A DNA stretch of 25,645 nt from Candidatus Culexmicrobium cathedralense (GCA_025061115.1 JANZKC010000006.1:1-25645); one strand, 5' to 3'. Shown: positions 1 through 8,944, counted from the stretch's first letter. Notes: generated by a model from the letters alone, not told the origin. Numbers and translations are program-made.

Positions 1-261
1 TGTTTACGTTTACATGTGTAGTGTTGGGTTGGGTTTTGGGGTGGCTTAGCCTAAATCAGACTTACATATGTAATTTGATGAGTTTCAGACAGCAAAAACA
101 ACAAGCGGCAGTTAGAACACTAACAGATAACAATGACAAATTGCGAATTGAAAATTAAATGTTAATTATAATATGTATAATTTTTATGTTTATTGATCTA
201 TTGAATTTTTACAATTGTTTTTTGTGTATTTAAAAACCGTAAGTTTTCATGGTTGTTTTTG

Positions 262-277
262 CCATAAGGTTTATATA
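262..277 (+). promoter_or_regulatory. Conserved BRE+TATA promoter CCATAAGGTTTATATA
   Basis: Near-identical 16-mer also at 6752-6767 and 10001-10016, with variants at 9745, 7972 and 7293. Each lies upstream of an ORF start. Confidence 0.75.
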
Positions 278-326
278 CCCATATTGCCGAATATTACATG
301 AGTAAAAATTTCGGGGGGGTTGGGAG

Positions 327-926
327 TTGGAAGATGTGACAACTAAAAACGAATTTGAAGCCTGCGTAATAGCTTATGATCTTCCCAGCGAAAATCGCAT
401 AGTTATAAGGGATAAGCAAGTGTACAACAAAATAAGAACAACTAGAATACTGTCAACTTATAAACTTCATAGTCTAGGTATTTTGACAACTGAAAGTGTT
501 ATTCTAGTACCAAAGAGCAAGTTAAATGAAGTACAAAATGCAATAGATACAGTTTATAAGCTTTATAATGATTTGAACATTGAACTTGAAAAGAAATATA
601 ATCTTAGCGTTGGCGAGCCACTAATAAAAGTAATACCAATAACTAGAAAGCAACATGAAGACTTTAAGGCGCTGGCTCAAAGAAAAATAAAAGAAAGACT
701 TGACAAATTAATCAACAAATTAACTGAATTGCTCAACGAAATAGATGAGATAATAGAAAGCGAAAAAATAAGGCGAATAAAGAATAACATAAGAAAGCAA
801 AAAAGAGAAATTCAAAGAATTGAGCAATACTGTAAAGAGCTGGGCATTGATACAAATCACAAATTCGAGCTAATTAGTGAACTTTTCCAAGAAGTTTTTA
901 ACACATTAGAGGGTGAAAGTCTATGA
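327..926 (+). CDS. Hypothetical protein with N-terminal Cas2/PaaX-like (ferredoxin-fold) motif and C-terminal coiled coil
   Basis: VIAYDLP...R...LHSLGILTTESVILV resembles the Cas2/PaaX-central pattern YD...G..Q.SV. K/E/I/L heptads at the C-terminus. ATGA overlap with the next gene. Confidence 0.6.
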   Translation: MEDVTTKNEFEACVIAYDLPSENRIVIRDKQVYNKIRTTRILSTYKLHSLGILTTESVILVPKSKLNEVQNAIDTVYKLYNDLNIELEKKYNLSVGEPLIKVIPITRKQHEDFKALAQRKIKERLDKLINKLTELLNEIDEIIESEKIRRIKNNIRKQKREIQRIEQYCKELGIDTNHKFELISELFQEVFNTLEGESL

Positions 927-2374
927 ACATGAGAAATAAGCTATTAAAAATGCGAACATTACTAAGCAAAGTATTCCTACATGAACCATATTATCTAGAT
1001 GCAACACTAGCGTGCTTCGCAAGTAAAGCACACATATGCTTGCTAGGCTTTCGTGGCGGCGGAAAAACGCACCTAATGGAGTGCATACTTAAGACTATTG
1101 AGCCAAAAATTACATGCGTAGCTCAAGGATATTTATCCGCAGAAATAGAAGACATATTCGCAAGACCAGATATAAGCAAATTAACTCAAGGAATAGAAGA
1201 AGTAGTATTTAAGAAAATGGTAAAAGCTAGAGTAAAAGCTTTCGACGAAATCCAGCGTTTAGGAGTTGGAGCACTAAGCTCAATGTTCCGACTAATGACA
1301 ACTGGAACAATAATATACATGGATAAAGAAAGCGGCGTAAAGCCATTCTGGATAATTGCAACAGCAAATCCAACCGAATTAAGCAACGACACATTAAACA
1401 TAAGACTTCCAGAACCTCTGTGGGACAGATTTGACGCAGTACTATGGATACCAATAGCAAAACTAAAATACTTGAGAAAAATCAATGGGCAAATTGAACG
1501 ATTAAAAGAGGCTTTACCAACAATATGGAGCGAAAATGATCTACTACAGCTGTGGAGCGAAGTTGAAAGCATCAATGTACCTAAAGACATTGAGCTGATA
1601 ATAACTTTAATGTGCAGAATAATGGGTTATTGCAAGTATGCGCAAGACTTTGACGCAAGTTCACTAACTGAAGAACAAAAACGTGAGCTGTGCAGTAAGT
1701 GCTCAAGAAATTACACATGTAGTTTAATTGCAAGACCGCCAAGTGTTCGTGCAAAGATGAGCTTAATAAGGGTTGCAAAAGGCTTTGCATACTTAAGAGG
1801 TAGCAATCAAGTTGAGCTAATAGATGTTGAAAATGCTTTTCCAATTGTATTCTGGAAACGTGTTAAATTAATGGAAGATGAGCAAATAAGCAATAGACTT
1901 GAAGCACTAAAAGACTTGTTCGATAAGCTCAAAACTGAAATAATGGAAGTAAAAGAGGGAATACAACTAATCAATAAGCTTAAGCAACGATTTGATGAAG
2001 ACGATTATTATAGATTAAAAGGATTTGAAAATGCAAAAGGCTGGTTCACCGAAGTAGTAGAAGAATTAGAAGACTATTATAAAGAATTGCGAGACAAACT
2101 AATGAGCAAATTTGAAAAAGCAAATGAAGTAACTAAAGCAAAAATATACTTAATTGCAAAAAGCAAATTGCCTAAAGAATATGCTAATGAATTCTACTTT
2201 GACGCAAATGTCAAAGTTAAACTCAACACAAAAATGTTAGCAAAAATTGCAAAAATAGACAAAAACTTGTTCAAAATGTTAAAAGAACTATATGAGCAAG
2301 GCAATGAGCAAGTTACAATTTATGGTGAAGCCGCATTAATGTACTTAGCACTCATAGGTGGTGAAAGTCAATGA
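923..2374 (+). CDS. MoxR-family AAA+ ATPase
   Basis: Walker A GFRGGGKT, Walker B AFDEIQR, ATANP (sensor 1), LPEPLWDRF (Arg finger), PSVRA (sensor 2). Adjacent to a vWA gene. Confidence 0.9.
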   Translation: MNMRNKLLKMRTLLSKVFLHEPYYLDATLACFASKAHICLLGFRGGGKTHLMECILKTIEPKITCVAQGYLSAEIEDIFARPDISKLTQGIEEVVFKKMVKARVKAFDEIQRLGVGALSSMFRLMTTGTIIYMDKESGVKPFWIIATANPTELSNDTLNIRLPEPLWDRFDAVLWIPIAKLKYLRKINGQIERLKEALPTIWSENDLLQLWSEVESINVPKDIELIITLMCRIMGYCKYAQDFDASSLTEEQKRELCSKCSRNYTCSLIARPPSVRAKMSLIRVAKGFAYLRGSNQVELIDVENAFPIVFWKRVKLMEDEQISNRLEALKDLFDKLKTEIMEVKEGIQLINKLKQRFDEDDYYRLKGFENAKGWFTEVVEELEDYYKELRDKLMSKFEKANEVTKAKIYLIAKSKLPKEYANEFYFDANVKVKLNTKMLAKIAKIDKNLFKMLKELYEQGNEQVTIYGEAALMYLALIGGESQ

Positions 2375-3885
2375 TAATCATAAATCAGTTTAGGGAATAT
2401 CAAGATGTAGTTGAAGAAATAGCAAAGGAATACTATTACATAAACTTGAGAATATTCAAAGACAGCGCAAATTCAGTACCACGAAATCAATGTGGCGACA
2501 TATATATACCAGCAATAAAAGATAAGGACGTGTTCGCTGCCGAGCTTACACATGAGGTAGGGCACTCAGTAAATGATCCAATAACACTATACAACTACCT
2601 TAAGGCACTACATAGAGTTAAAGAGGCATTAAGTATTGACGAAACTACAGTTATGCGGATAGGTAATGCAATATGCGATATAATCAACGAATACCACATA
2701 AGCAAAAACAAAAAGCTAAGCAATTATAGAGCCAAAGGCTTAAAGAAAGTATTTAAAGAGTGGTTTAAAGGCTCAAACAACATTCAGAAATTGCTGTGGG
2801 CTTTCTACAATGAGATACACAACATGAAAATAAAAGAGCTTAAAAGCATATTTGCAGATGAAGTCAAAGAGCTAAAAGGCATATTCAACTACATATATGA
2901 AAGGGAAAGGCAATACATAGCTATAGCTGAAGTGTTACTGAAGATTTTAGAGAAAAACGATTATCAAGATTTAAGCAACATGAGCATGAATTTGCCAGTG
3001 CAACCAAACGAAAAAGAACTTGAAAAAACCGTCAAACAAATAATGCAAAATGCAAAAGACATTAGAGAAGTAGAAGTTATGATAAAAATGCTTGCCACTG
3101 GTTTAGGTGAAAGCGAAAATAACATCATAAAAAGCAACAACATATTAAAAGAGTTTTATCAAGAAAAAGCAAATCAAATTAGAAAATTCATAAGCTATCC
3201 AAAAACAAGTTGCAGAAAAGGCGTAAAGTTAGGCTCAAGAAAGTGGCAATTAAGCGACGGATATAAGAACATTGACGTTAAAAGAACAATAGCGAAATTC
3301 GGCGTAAATATACCATTAGTAACTTCAAGGACAGCAAGAATATACAACAAATTCATAAGCTCAAATGAGAGCAGCAAGCCAATAGATGTAGTGATAAGCA
3401 TTGACGTAAGCGGCTCAACTGGAATGCCCAGCGGATACATGCGTGTAGTTGCAGATTATGAAGCAATAATGCTATATGCACTAATTGACGAGGCAAAGAG
3501 GCTCAATCAAAACGTAGGCTTAACACTGTGGAGCAGCAAAATACTATTCACAACACTACCAAAATGCTTGAACTACCGTGAAGTTGAAAAGCTGAAAGAA
3601 ATAGTGTTAGACCAGTCGCTTTGGGGAGGCTCAACAAACATGTATGCGGCGTTAAATCAAGCAAAACGCCACAAAGATAAGCTATTTCTAATATTCACAG
3701 ACGGCGAAGTATATCCAGAAGACTTAATACATGTTGATAATGTAGTGTTCTTCCTGATAATGCCGCATGCAAGCAATTACAAGATGTTTGCAGATACATA
3801 TGGCAGTCACAGAGTAATAAAGATTGACGACATAACGAAAATACCAAAAGTAACGCTGCAGTGGTATAGGAGCGTGATGAGGTAA
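2371..3885 (+). CDS. vWA-domain protein with N-terminal HExxH metallopeptidase-like domain
   Basis: THEVGH near the N-terminus. MIDAS elements IDVSGST, GGSTN and FTDGE. Translationally coupled to the MoxR gene. Confidence 0.88.
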   Translation: MIIINQFREYQDVVEEIAKEYYYINLRIFKDSANSVPRNQCGDIYIPAIKDKDVFAAELTHEVGHSVNDPITLYNYLKALHRVKEALSIDETTVMRIGNAICDIINEYHISKNKKLSNYRAKGLKKVFKEWFKGSNNIQKLLWAFYNEIHNMKIKELKSIFADEVKELKGIFNYIYERERQYIAIAEVLLKILEKNDYQDLSNMSMNLPVQPNEKELEKTVKQIMQNAKDIREVEVMIKMLATGLGESENNIIKSNNILKEFYQEKANQIRKFISYPKTSCRKGVKLGSRKWQLSDGYKNIDVKRTIAKFGVNIPLVTSRTARIYNKFISSNESSKPIDVVISIDVSGSTGMPSGYMRVVADYEAIMLYALIDEAKRLNQNVGLTLWSSKILFTTLPKCLNYREVEKLKEIVLDQSLWGGSTNMYAALNQAKRHKDKLFLIFTDGEVYPEDLIHVDNVVFFLIMPHASNYKMFADTYGSHRVIKIDDITKIPKVTLQWYRSVMR

Positions 3886-4445
3886 TGCTTATGAAAACTT
3901 ACACATGTAGTGAAAAGACAATAGAGAAATTTCATAAAGTACTTGGAGAAGGAGCTGAACGAGGTGAGGTGCTATTAGTAAGCAATGATCGAGTTATTGG
4001 CTTAATGCTTAAGAAAGTAACACTAATCGACGGCGAACAAGCAAACTTGCACTTCAACAAATTCGACAAAGCAATATATGTAGCCACAGCTAAAGTAAAA
4101 ATATCTGAAATACCAGCTGATGAAAACATAAATGTGAAAGGCAAAGTATTCTACAGCAATTATATAAAGCAAGCATTAAGAGTAATTACAGATAGAAAAA
4201 ACAAAGATGCTGACATATGGCTTATAGTAGAGCCACATGCACTATTAGCACTAGGCAATGACAATGGCTTAATGCTAATAGCAGAAAGACAAGGCATCAA
4301 CAACACAATCGACTGGAAACAAATATTCAGAAATAGAAAAGAAATAAAACTAAATGCTGTCGTGGAAAACGTGATATCACACAATGTGAAAGTACCGCAA
4401 GAACTAATAGATAAGTGGCTTAATGAACTTGGAATATCAACTTAA
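3885..4445 (+). CDS. Hypothetical protein, possibly degenerate sliding-clamp-like fold
   Basis: Coupled (TAATG) to the vWA gene. FYSNYIKQALRVI...LIAER weakly recalls the PCNA C-terminal pattern. Confidence 0.6.
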   Translation: MLMKTYTCSEKTIEKFHKVLGEGAERGEVLLVSNDRVIGLMLKKVTLIDGEQANLHFNKFDKAIYVATAKVKISEIPADENINVKGKVFYSNYIKQALRVITDRKNKDADIWLIVEPHALLALGNDNGLMLIAERQGINNTIDWKQIFRNRKEIKLNAVVENVISHNVKVPQELIDKWLNELGIST

Positions 4446-4479
4446 AGCTCAACTTATTTTTATTGTGCTTTTGTCTTGC

Positions 4480-4558
4480 TTACACATGTAATTTTTTCTC
4501 AGCCGTTTCAACTCAAAATTTTTAGAGCAGAGACGTGAGCGAAAGTGATTTCCGATTA
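4480..4558. repeat. 79-bp intergenic direct repeat A, copy 1
   Basis: Matches 7213-7291 with 6 mismatches by manual alignment. Begins with TTACACATGTAA. Confidence 0.93.
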
Positions 4559-4577
4559 ATGCGTCGGAGCGAAAGTC

Positions 4578-4633
4578 TTATAAGCAACTTTTGTCATAAA
4601 AGTTGTTGGTTGTCTCGCAAAAAACTTTGAAGG
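4578..4633. repeat. 56-bp promoter/leader direct repeat B, copy 1 (TATA, inverted repeat, RBS)
   Basis: Matches 5394-5449 with 7 mismatches. Contains TTATAA and CAACTTTT-N5-AAAAGTTG (4585-4605). Confidence 0.9.
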
Positions 4634-4636
4634 GGG

Positions 4637-4849
4637 TTGATAGAATTGGTGATGTTGGAAGTATGTGAGAAATGCGGTGAAAAGCTAATTGATTGCCCAG
4701 TGCACTCGAAGGCTTGTTTCTATTGCGATTGTTTAGAGTGCAACATGCGTGATTGCCCAGTGCATGAAGAAATAGACTATGAAATTGAAATGAGCTTCTA
4801 CCCGCAAGAGCCAGACTTCGTAGATTACACACCAGATTACGAAATATAA
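4637..4849 (+). CDS. Small acidic Cys/His-rich (Zn-binding) protein
   Basis: CEKC, DCPVH twice (15-bp DNA duplication at 4690 and 4750), CFYCDC, acidic tail. Start may be ATG 4652. Confidence 0.65.
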   Translation: MIELVMLEVCEKCGEKLIDCPVHSKACFYCDCLECNMRDCPVHEEIDYEIEMSFYPQEPDFVDYTPDYEI

Positions 4850-4867
4850 AAAACTTTTCTTATTTTT

Positions 4868-5350
4868 ATGGTGGTTGAAATGATGTTTGACGAGACTAAA
4901 AGTATTGTTTTTAGTTTCGGCGGCGGTAGTCACTATAATGTATTTGATAAAACTATTGTTGTTGATCTTAGTGAGATTTATGAGAGCATTAAAGATTATT
5001 GTGAGCAAGTTAGTGATGATATTCTAGTTGATGCTATTTGCAATGCTGTTGTTCATGAAGTTCTTCATGCAGTATTGCACAAATATTCAGATGAATTTCT
5101 TAGAATTATTTACGATTTTGAAGTTGCGGCAGTAGATGCTCATGAACTCTTAGTTGAAGCGCTAACGAACTTCTCACTTAAACATGATGTTCGAGCATAC
5201 TACGACACTTTAGTTGAAGCTAAAGCGCAACTTGAAGAAATGCTTAAAGACAGCGAAGACGAAGAATATGAATACTTAAAAGAAAAACTTGAACTAGCAA
5301 ACTACGTTTACAAATACACAGAAAAACTATACTCATTTCTGTCAAACTGA
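4868..5350 (+). CDS. Acidic protein with HExxH zincin-like motif
   Basis: VVHEVLHAVLH plus a downstream HE. Followed by a T-tract. Confidence 0.7.
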   Translation: MVVEMMFDETKSIVFSFGGGSHYNVFDKTIVVDLSEIYESIKDYCEQVSDDILVDAICNAVVHEVLHAVLHKYSDEFLRIIYDFEVAAVDAHELLVEALTNFSLKHDVRAYYDTLVEAKAQLEEMLKDSEDEEYEYLKEKLELANYVYKYTEKLYSFLSN

Positions 5351-5393
5351 ATTTTTTCACCTGCAACTTTATAAGCAATTGTAAGCATAAGAT

Positions 5394-5449
5394 TTATAAG
5401 CAACTTTTGACATAAGAGTTGATGGTCGTCTTGTAAAAAACTCTGAAGG
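5394..5449. repeat. 56-bp promoter/leader direct repeat B, copy 2
   Basis: Matches 4578-4633. Ends at the GGAGGTGG RBS before GTG 5461. Confidence 0.9.
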
Positions 5450-5460
5450 AGGTGGTTTAG

Positions 5461-5925
5461 GTGGGTAAGATGTTGGTTGTGAAGTGGAGGCATGCCCAAT
5501 ACGTTGGTCAATTCAGTTACCTCAACGACCGATATCCCGAAACTTCAATTAGAACTTTGAATTACCCAAAGGAAGTGAGCTACGTTGTAAAAGCGACTTA
5601 CAGTGAAAAACACCAGCCTTCGACAGGAATATGCGTTTGGTGGGCGGATTTAGACTTGAGAATAAACATTGAAGAAATAGACTGGTATCACGAGGATGAG
5701 AAAAAAGAAATAGAAAGAGTAAAGCAAATTGTCAAGAAGTTCCTCAACGAGCTTGTTGATGAGAATGGAAACGTTACGTTCGACGTTTCAGAGCTATACG
5801 ACAGACTAATTAAATTATCAACAATACTGAAAGCGCCTTACAGCACCGCTGGGCATGAAGCGGAAATCTACGACACTGGCGGAGACTACCCAGACGCACA
5901 CTTGAAATTCAAGTATTATGCATGA
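5461..5925 (+). CDS. Hypothetical protein
   Basis: 154-aa ORF with strong RBS and upstream TATA. Confidence 0.75.
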   Translation: MGKMLVVKWRHAQYVGQFSYLNDRYPETSIRTLNYPKEVSYVVKATYSEKHQPSTGICVWWADLDLRINIEEIDWYHEDEKKEIERVKQIVKKFLNELVDENGNVTFDVSELYDRLIKLSTILKAPYSTAGHEAEIYDTGGDYPDAHLKFKYYA

Positions 5926-6157
5926 GGTGATAAAAATGAAAATAGGAGAGGTTATAGACAAATACATAGAGAAAAAACTCGAAGAATTAACATTAAAGTA
6001 TGGAGAAGTAATTGATAATGATGAAATCGAATTACTAAGAACGGCACACTATGCAATAAAGAGATTCAAATTTAAATTTGAAGACGGCACAGAGACAACT
6101 ATTGACTTTCATTATGATCCACTAACTGAAGAAGTATTCAAAGTTAGAGAAAGCTAA
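5918..6157 (+). CDS. Small hypothetical protein
   Basis: The GAGGTGA RBS suggests the real start is the second Met (MKIGEV...). Confidence 0.7.
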   Translation: MHEVIKMKIGEVIDKYIEKKLEELTLKYGEVIDNDEIELLRTAHYAIKRFKFKFEDGTETTIDFHYDPLTEEVFKVRES

Positions 6158-6177
6158 AATTCAAAGAAGGTGATGAT

Positions 6178-6714
6178 ATGCCCCTCATTTTATGTCCAAC
6201 TTGTGGTAAAGTAACATATGCTTTTCCACGCTATGATGATGAAGGAGAAATCACGTCATATCGCTGCAGCGAGTGCTATAATGTATTTAATTATGATCAA
6301 GTGAATATATTGCCATTTCCCAATGACACAATAATACTTAACGACACTTTTGATAATATAGTTAGTGAAATTAATAAAAAAGAGCCTGATAATCCAGCTG
6401 AAGAGTTTTACTACGTACTATTGTATCTTTGCAGACCTTACGAGCCGCGAATATACAAGCATAAAGTAGCGTACTGGGATTATCGTGGAACTAGAGATGC
6501 TGAAGAATACAATGATAGATTGCTGGAGAAATTGCAAGAATATTTTGCAGATGCAGTAGATAAATACTATTGCATTGTAGAAATAACTGAGCCAGACGAA
6601 GGAGACTCAATATTCATAGCAATACATCCAGATGACGTTGAAATAATTGAAAAAGCATTAAAGCAATACACACTTACACGCAACAAATACAACGACGCAA
6701 TAACTCCCTCTTAA
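6178..6714 (+). CDS. Acidic protein with N-terminal zinc ribbon
   Basis: CPTC...CSEC. AGGTGA RBS. T-tract after the stop. Confidence 0.75.
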   Translation: MPLILCPTCGKVTYAFPRYDDEGEITSYRCSECYNVFNYDQVNILPFPNDTIILNDTFDNIVSEINKKEPDNPAEEFYYVLLYLCRPYEPRIYKHKVAYWDYRGTRDAEEYNDRLLEKLQEYFADAVDKYYCIVEITEPDEGDSIFIAIHPDDVEIIEKALKQYTLTRNKYNDAITPS

Positions 6715-6751
6715 TTTTTTTACATGTGTAATTTTTGTTTGGTAGTTTAAT

Positions 6752-6767
6752 CCATAAGGTTTAAATA
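6752..6767 (+). promoter_or_regulatory. Conserved BRE+TATA promoter CCATAAGGTTTAAATA
   Basis: Identical to 10001-10016 and one mismatch from 262-277. Confidence 0.75.
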
Positions 6768-6810
6768 TATGTACGTGAATAATGAGTTGCGGAGGTGAAA
6801 AAGGGTTGGG

Positions 6811-7164
6811 GTGGAGGATGAAAATTTGGAAGAAATAGAAAAATATGAATGGGGAAGGATGACGATTTCCCCTCATTGGTCGGATAAGAGCAAAGACTAC
6901 TTCATATATGCAAGAGTACTTAGGCAGAGTGTTACTTTTTGGGCTACAAAGTACGAGGGCTATAAAGTGTACCTACTACAAATTAAAGGAGCATATAAAA
7001 TTGGAAAGGATTGCTACGGCGTATTAGTATCATGGTTCAGAAGAGGACATCCAAAGAATATTGATTGTCATGAGGACAGACTAGAACTTTTCGACACGTT
7101 GGAAGAAGCAATGGAACAGTATAAAAGAGAGATGAGAGATCTTAGAGAGAGATTTCCAATCTAA
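6811..7164 (+). CDS. Hypothetical protein
   Basis: 117-aa ORF between a conserved promoter and T-rich terminator-like sequence. Confidence 0.7.
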   Translation: MEDENLEEIEKYEWGRMTISPHWSDKSKDYFIYARVLRQSVTFWATKYEGYKVYLLQIKGAYKIGKDCYGVLVSWFRRGHPKNIDCHEDRLELFDTLEEAMEQYKREMRDLRERFPI

Positions 7165-7212
7165 ACGGCAACATTAATTTTCCTTTTTATCTTTTCCGTT
7201 TTAACATTATTT

Positions 7213-7291
7213 TTACACATGTAAGTTTTTCTCAGCCGCTTCAACTCAAAATTTTTAGAGCAGAGACTTAAGCGAAAGTGATTTTTGATTA
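7213..7291. repeat. 79-bp intergenic direct repeat A, copy 2
   Basis: Matches 4480-4558, 2733 bp away. Confidence 0.93.
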
Positions 7292-7346
7292 GAGGAAAGG
7301 TTTTTATATCTATACGTATATAATGACCATATGGGGGGATTTTGGT

Positions 7347-7910
7347 ATGGGGACTAGGTGTGAAATCATAATTTACGAAACTAATGATGAAGGTGAAGTG
7401 ACGGATAAGGTGGAACTTTGGAAGCACTGGGACGGCTATCCAGACTACGTGGTTGAGATGATTAAAGAGTTCGGCAAATTTGCACGCAAACTAGCGAGAA
7501 GTCAAATTCACTGGCTCGGATATGCACAAGACGTTGCATCCATGCTAATCGTGTACGACTATGAAGACCGAAAGAAATTCGTTGAGCAGCTAAAGCCTAA
7601 AGACAGAGAATTTTTCCTTGAAATGGGCTTTTTGAAGCCAGATGTTAGACCTAGAGGCTTCATGGAAGATGCAGAGTACGTTTACGCATTAGTAATCGAG
7701 AAGGAAACCGAGAAAAAGCCAAAACTAACATGGAAACTGTACATATACGACATATATGAATTAACAGAAAAAGTTCCTAATTTCGACTGCAGAAAGCTGA
7801 GAAACTACAAACATAAATGGGAATTCGAGACAGATGCAAAGCTAGGAATGTGCAAAGCCGAAAAAGTATTCGAGATAGCTCTAAACAAGCTAGCAGCAAT
7901 CGTCACATAA
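7347..7910 (+). CDS. Conserved viral/MGE hypothetical protein (MGTR...HWDGYP type)
   Basis: N-terminal MGTRCEIII...LWKHWDGYP motif, recalled from phage hypothetical proteins. Start moved to ATG 7347, which follows a GGGGGG RBS. Confidence 0.7.
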   Translation: MGTRCEIIIYETNDEGEVTDKVELWKHWDGYPDYVVEMIKEFGKFARKLARSQIHWLGYAQDVASMLIVYDYEDRKKFVEQLKPKDREFFLEMGFLKPDVRPRGFMEDAEYVYALVIEKETEKKPKLTWKLYIYDIYELTEKVPNFDCRKLRNYKHKWEFETDAKLGMCKAEKVFEIALNKLAAIVT

Positions 7911-8045
7911 GATCTATTCTATTAGGTTTTTTTGTTTATTTTGATTCTTTTTTACATGTGTAAGGTATATTGGAAAGGTTTAAATAACCATATGTATATG
8001 ATGTATATTGGTAGAATGTAGATGCACTAGGAGTGTTGTTGAATT

Positions 8046-8303
8046 ATGCGGGTGCCAAAGGAGAAACTTAAAGAAATACTTGACATGTGCAGGAAGCTCG
8101 ACAAGCTTGGTCGCCTGAAGTGCCTAGACTGCCGCAGAAGGCTGCACTACAAAGACGTTAGATATTACGAGCATGGCGAGGGATGCTACTGGGTTTACCT
8201 TCAATGCCCTTACTGCGGGTATGGGACGGCTTTGTGGAAGCTCTTTAAGCATTTACGACGTTATCAGCAGAGTGAAGAAGCATTAGGACTGTTGGAGCGT
8301 TAA
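8046..8303 (+). CDS. Basic zinc-finger protein
   Basis: CLDC...CPYC. GGAG RBS and upstream TTTAAATA. Confidence 0.7.
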   Translation: MRVPKEKLKEILDMCRKLDKLGRLKCLDCRRRLHYKDVRYYEHGEGCYWVYLQCPYCGYGTALWKLFKHLRRYQQSEEALGLLER

Positions 8304-8465
8304 GCCGAGAAACTCATTCCATTCGAGGGGCGTCCTCTTAACTCCCATAACTTTTTTGTATTCATCACATTCCTTGTATTTTTCCTCTTGAATGTTGATG
8401 CAGAACTCCCTGTAAGTTTCATAGTCAACCTTCTTTTTACATCTTGCAATTAGCGGGCAAACCAT
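8283..8465 (-). CDS. Small Cys-containing protein
   Basis: 60 aa with four Cys and K/E-rich composition. Divergent from 8548 across an AT-rich TTTAAATA spacer. Confidence 0.6.
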   Translation of the reverse strand: MVCPLIARCKKKVDYETYREFCINIQEEKYKECDEYKKVMGVKRTPLEWNEFLGLTLQQS

Positions 8466-8547
8466 CTCTCAATCCCAGACTTATCCTTAGTACGATACAA
8501 TATTTAAATATTTACTGAATACAAATAAGTATTTTAGGTGAATTGAA

Positions 8548-8736
8548 GTGGCTGAGGTTCAGTGGGACGTTGTGCTTGCATGTGTAATAGTTGTTGCAGC
8601 TGCAGCGGGACTTATCGAAGGCAGCCTGACGGCTAAGGACTTCATCACCATTATAGGTATGGTTCTAAGCTTTCTGGCTGGAAAGAAAGTTGGGTATAAT
8701 TTGGCTATGAGGAAAATTAGGGGGAGCGAGGCGTGA
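8548..8736 (+). CDS. Small two-TM membrane protein (holin-like architecture)
   Basis: Two hydrophobic segments and a basic C-terminal tail. AGGTGA RBS. Confidence 0.65.
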   Translation: MAEVQWDVVLACVIVVAAAAGLIEGSLTAKDFITIIGMVLSFLAGKKVGYNLAMRKIRGSEA

Positions 8737-8927
8737 GTGAAGAAATATATCGTGTTGTGAAGGAGTATATTAAGTCTCGGAATAGCGGTTGGAGATTCAT
8801 TTTTGGCGGTCAAGTATTTGACAAAAATAAACTTCTAGAAAAAATGGAGAAAGACAAGAAATTCAGAAAGTTTATAATAGAGGAAGTAATCAAAACTGCA
8901 GTTGACCTGCTCACTCCAAAAAAGTGA
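8733..8927 (+). CDS. Small basic hypothetical protein
   Basis: GTGA overlap with the previous gene. 64 aa. Confidence 0.65.
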   Translation: MSEEIYRVVKEYIKSRNSGWRFIFGGQVFDKNKLLEKMEKDKKFRKFIIEEVIKTAVDLLTPKK

Positions 8928-8944
8928 ATTAGGAGTGACTGCAC

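Noticed and set aside
327-926. Bona fide cas2 gene
   Set aside because: Twice the usual length with a coiled-coil tail, and no cas1 or array nearby. Only a fold-level resemblance is retained.
4531-4578. Hammerhead-like RNA (AGAC/GTCT stem, TCCGA/TCGGA hairpin, GCGAAAG twice)
   Set aside because: No CUGANGA core, and the hairpin is not preserved in the second repeat copy. GAAAG is better explained as a BRE.
4480-7291. Mini-CRISPR array made of the intergenic repeats
   Set aside because: The repeats are 56-79 bp and separated by whole genes, not by 30-45-bp spacers. No CRISPR-type repeat ends.
8548-8736. Virus-associated pyramid protein
   Set aside because: Pyramid proteins are about 90-100 aa with a single N-terminal TM helix. 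This one is 62 aa with two hydrophobic segments.
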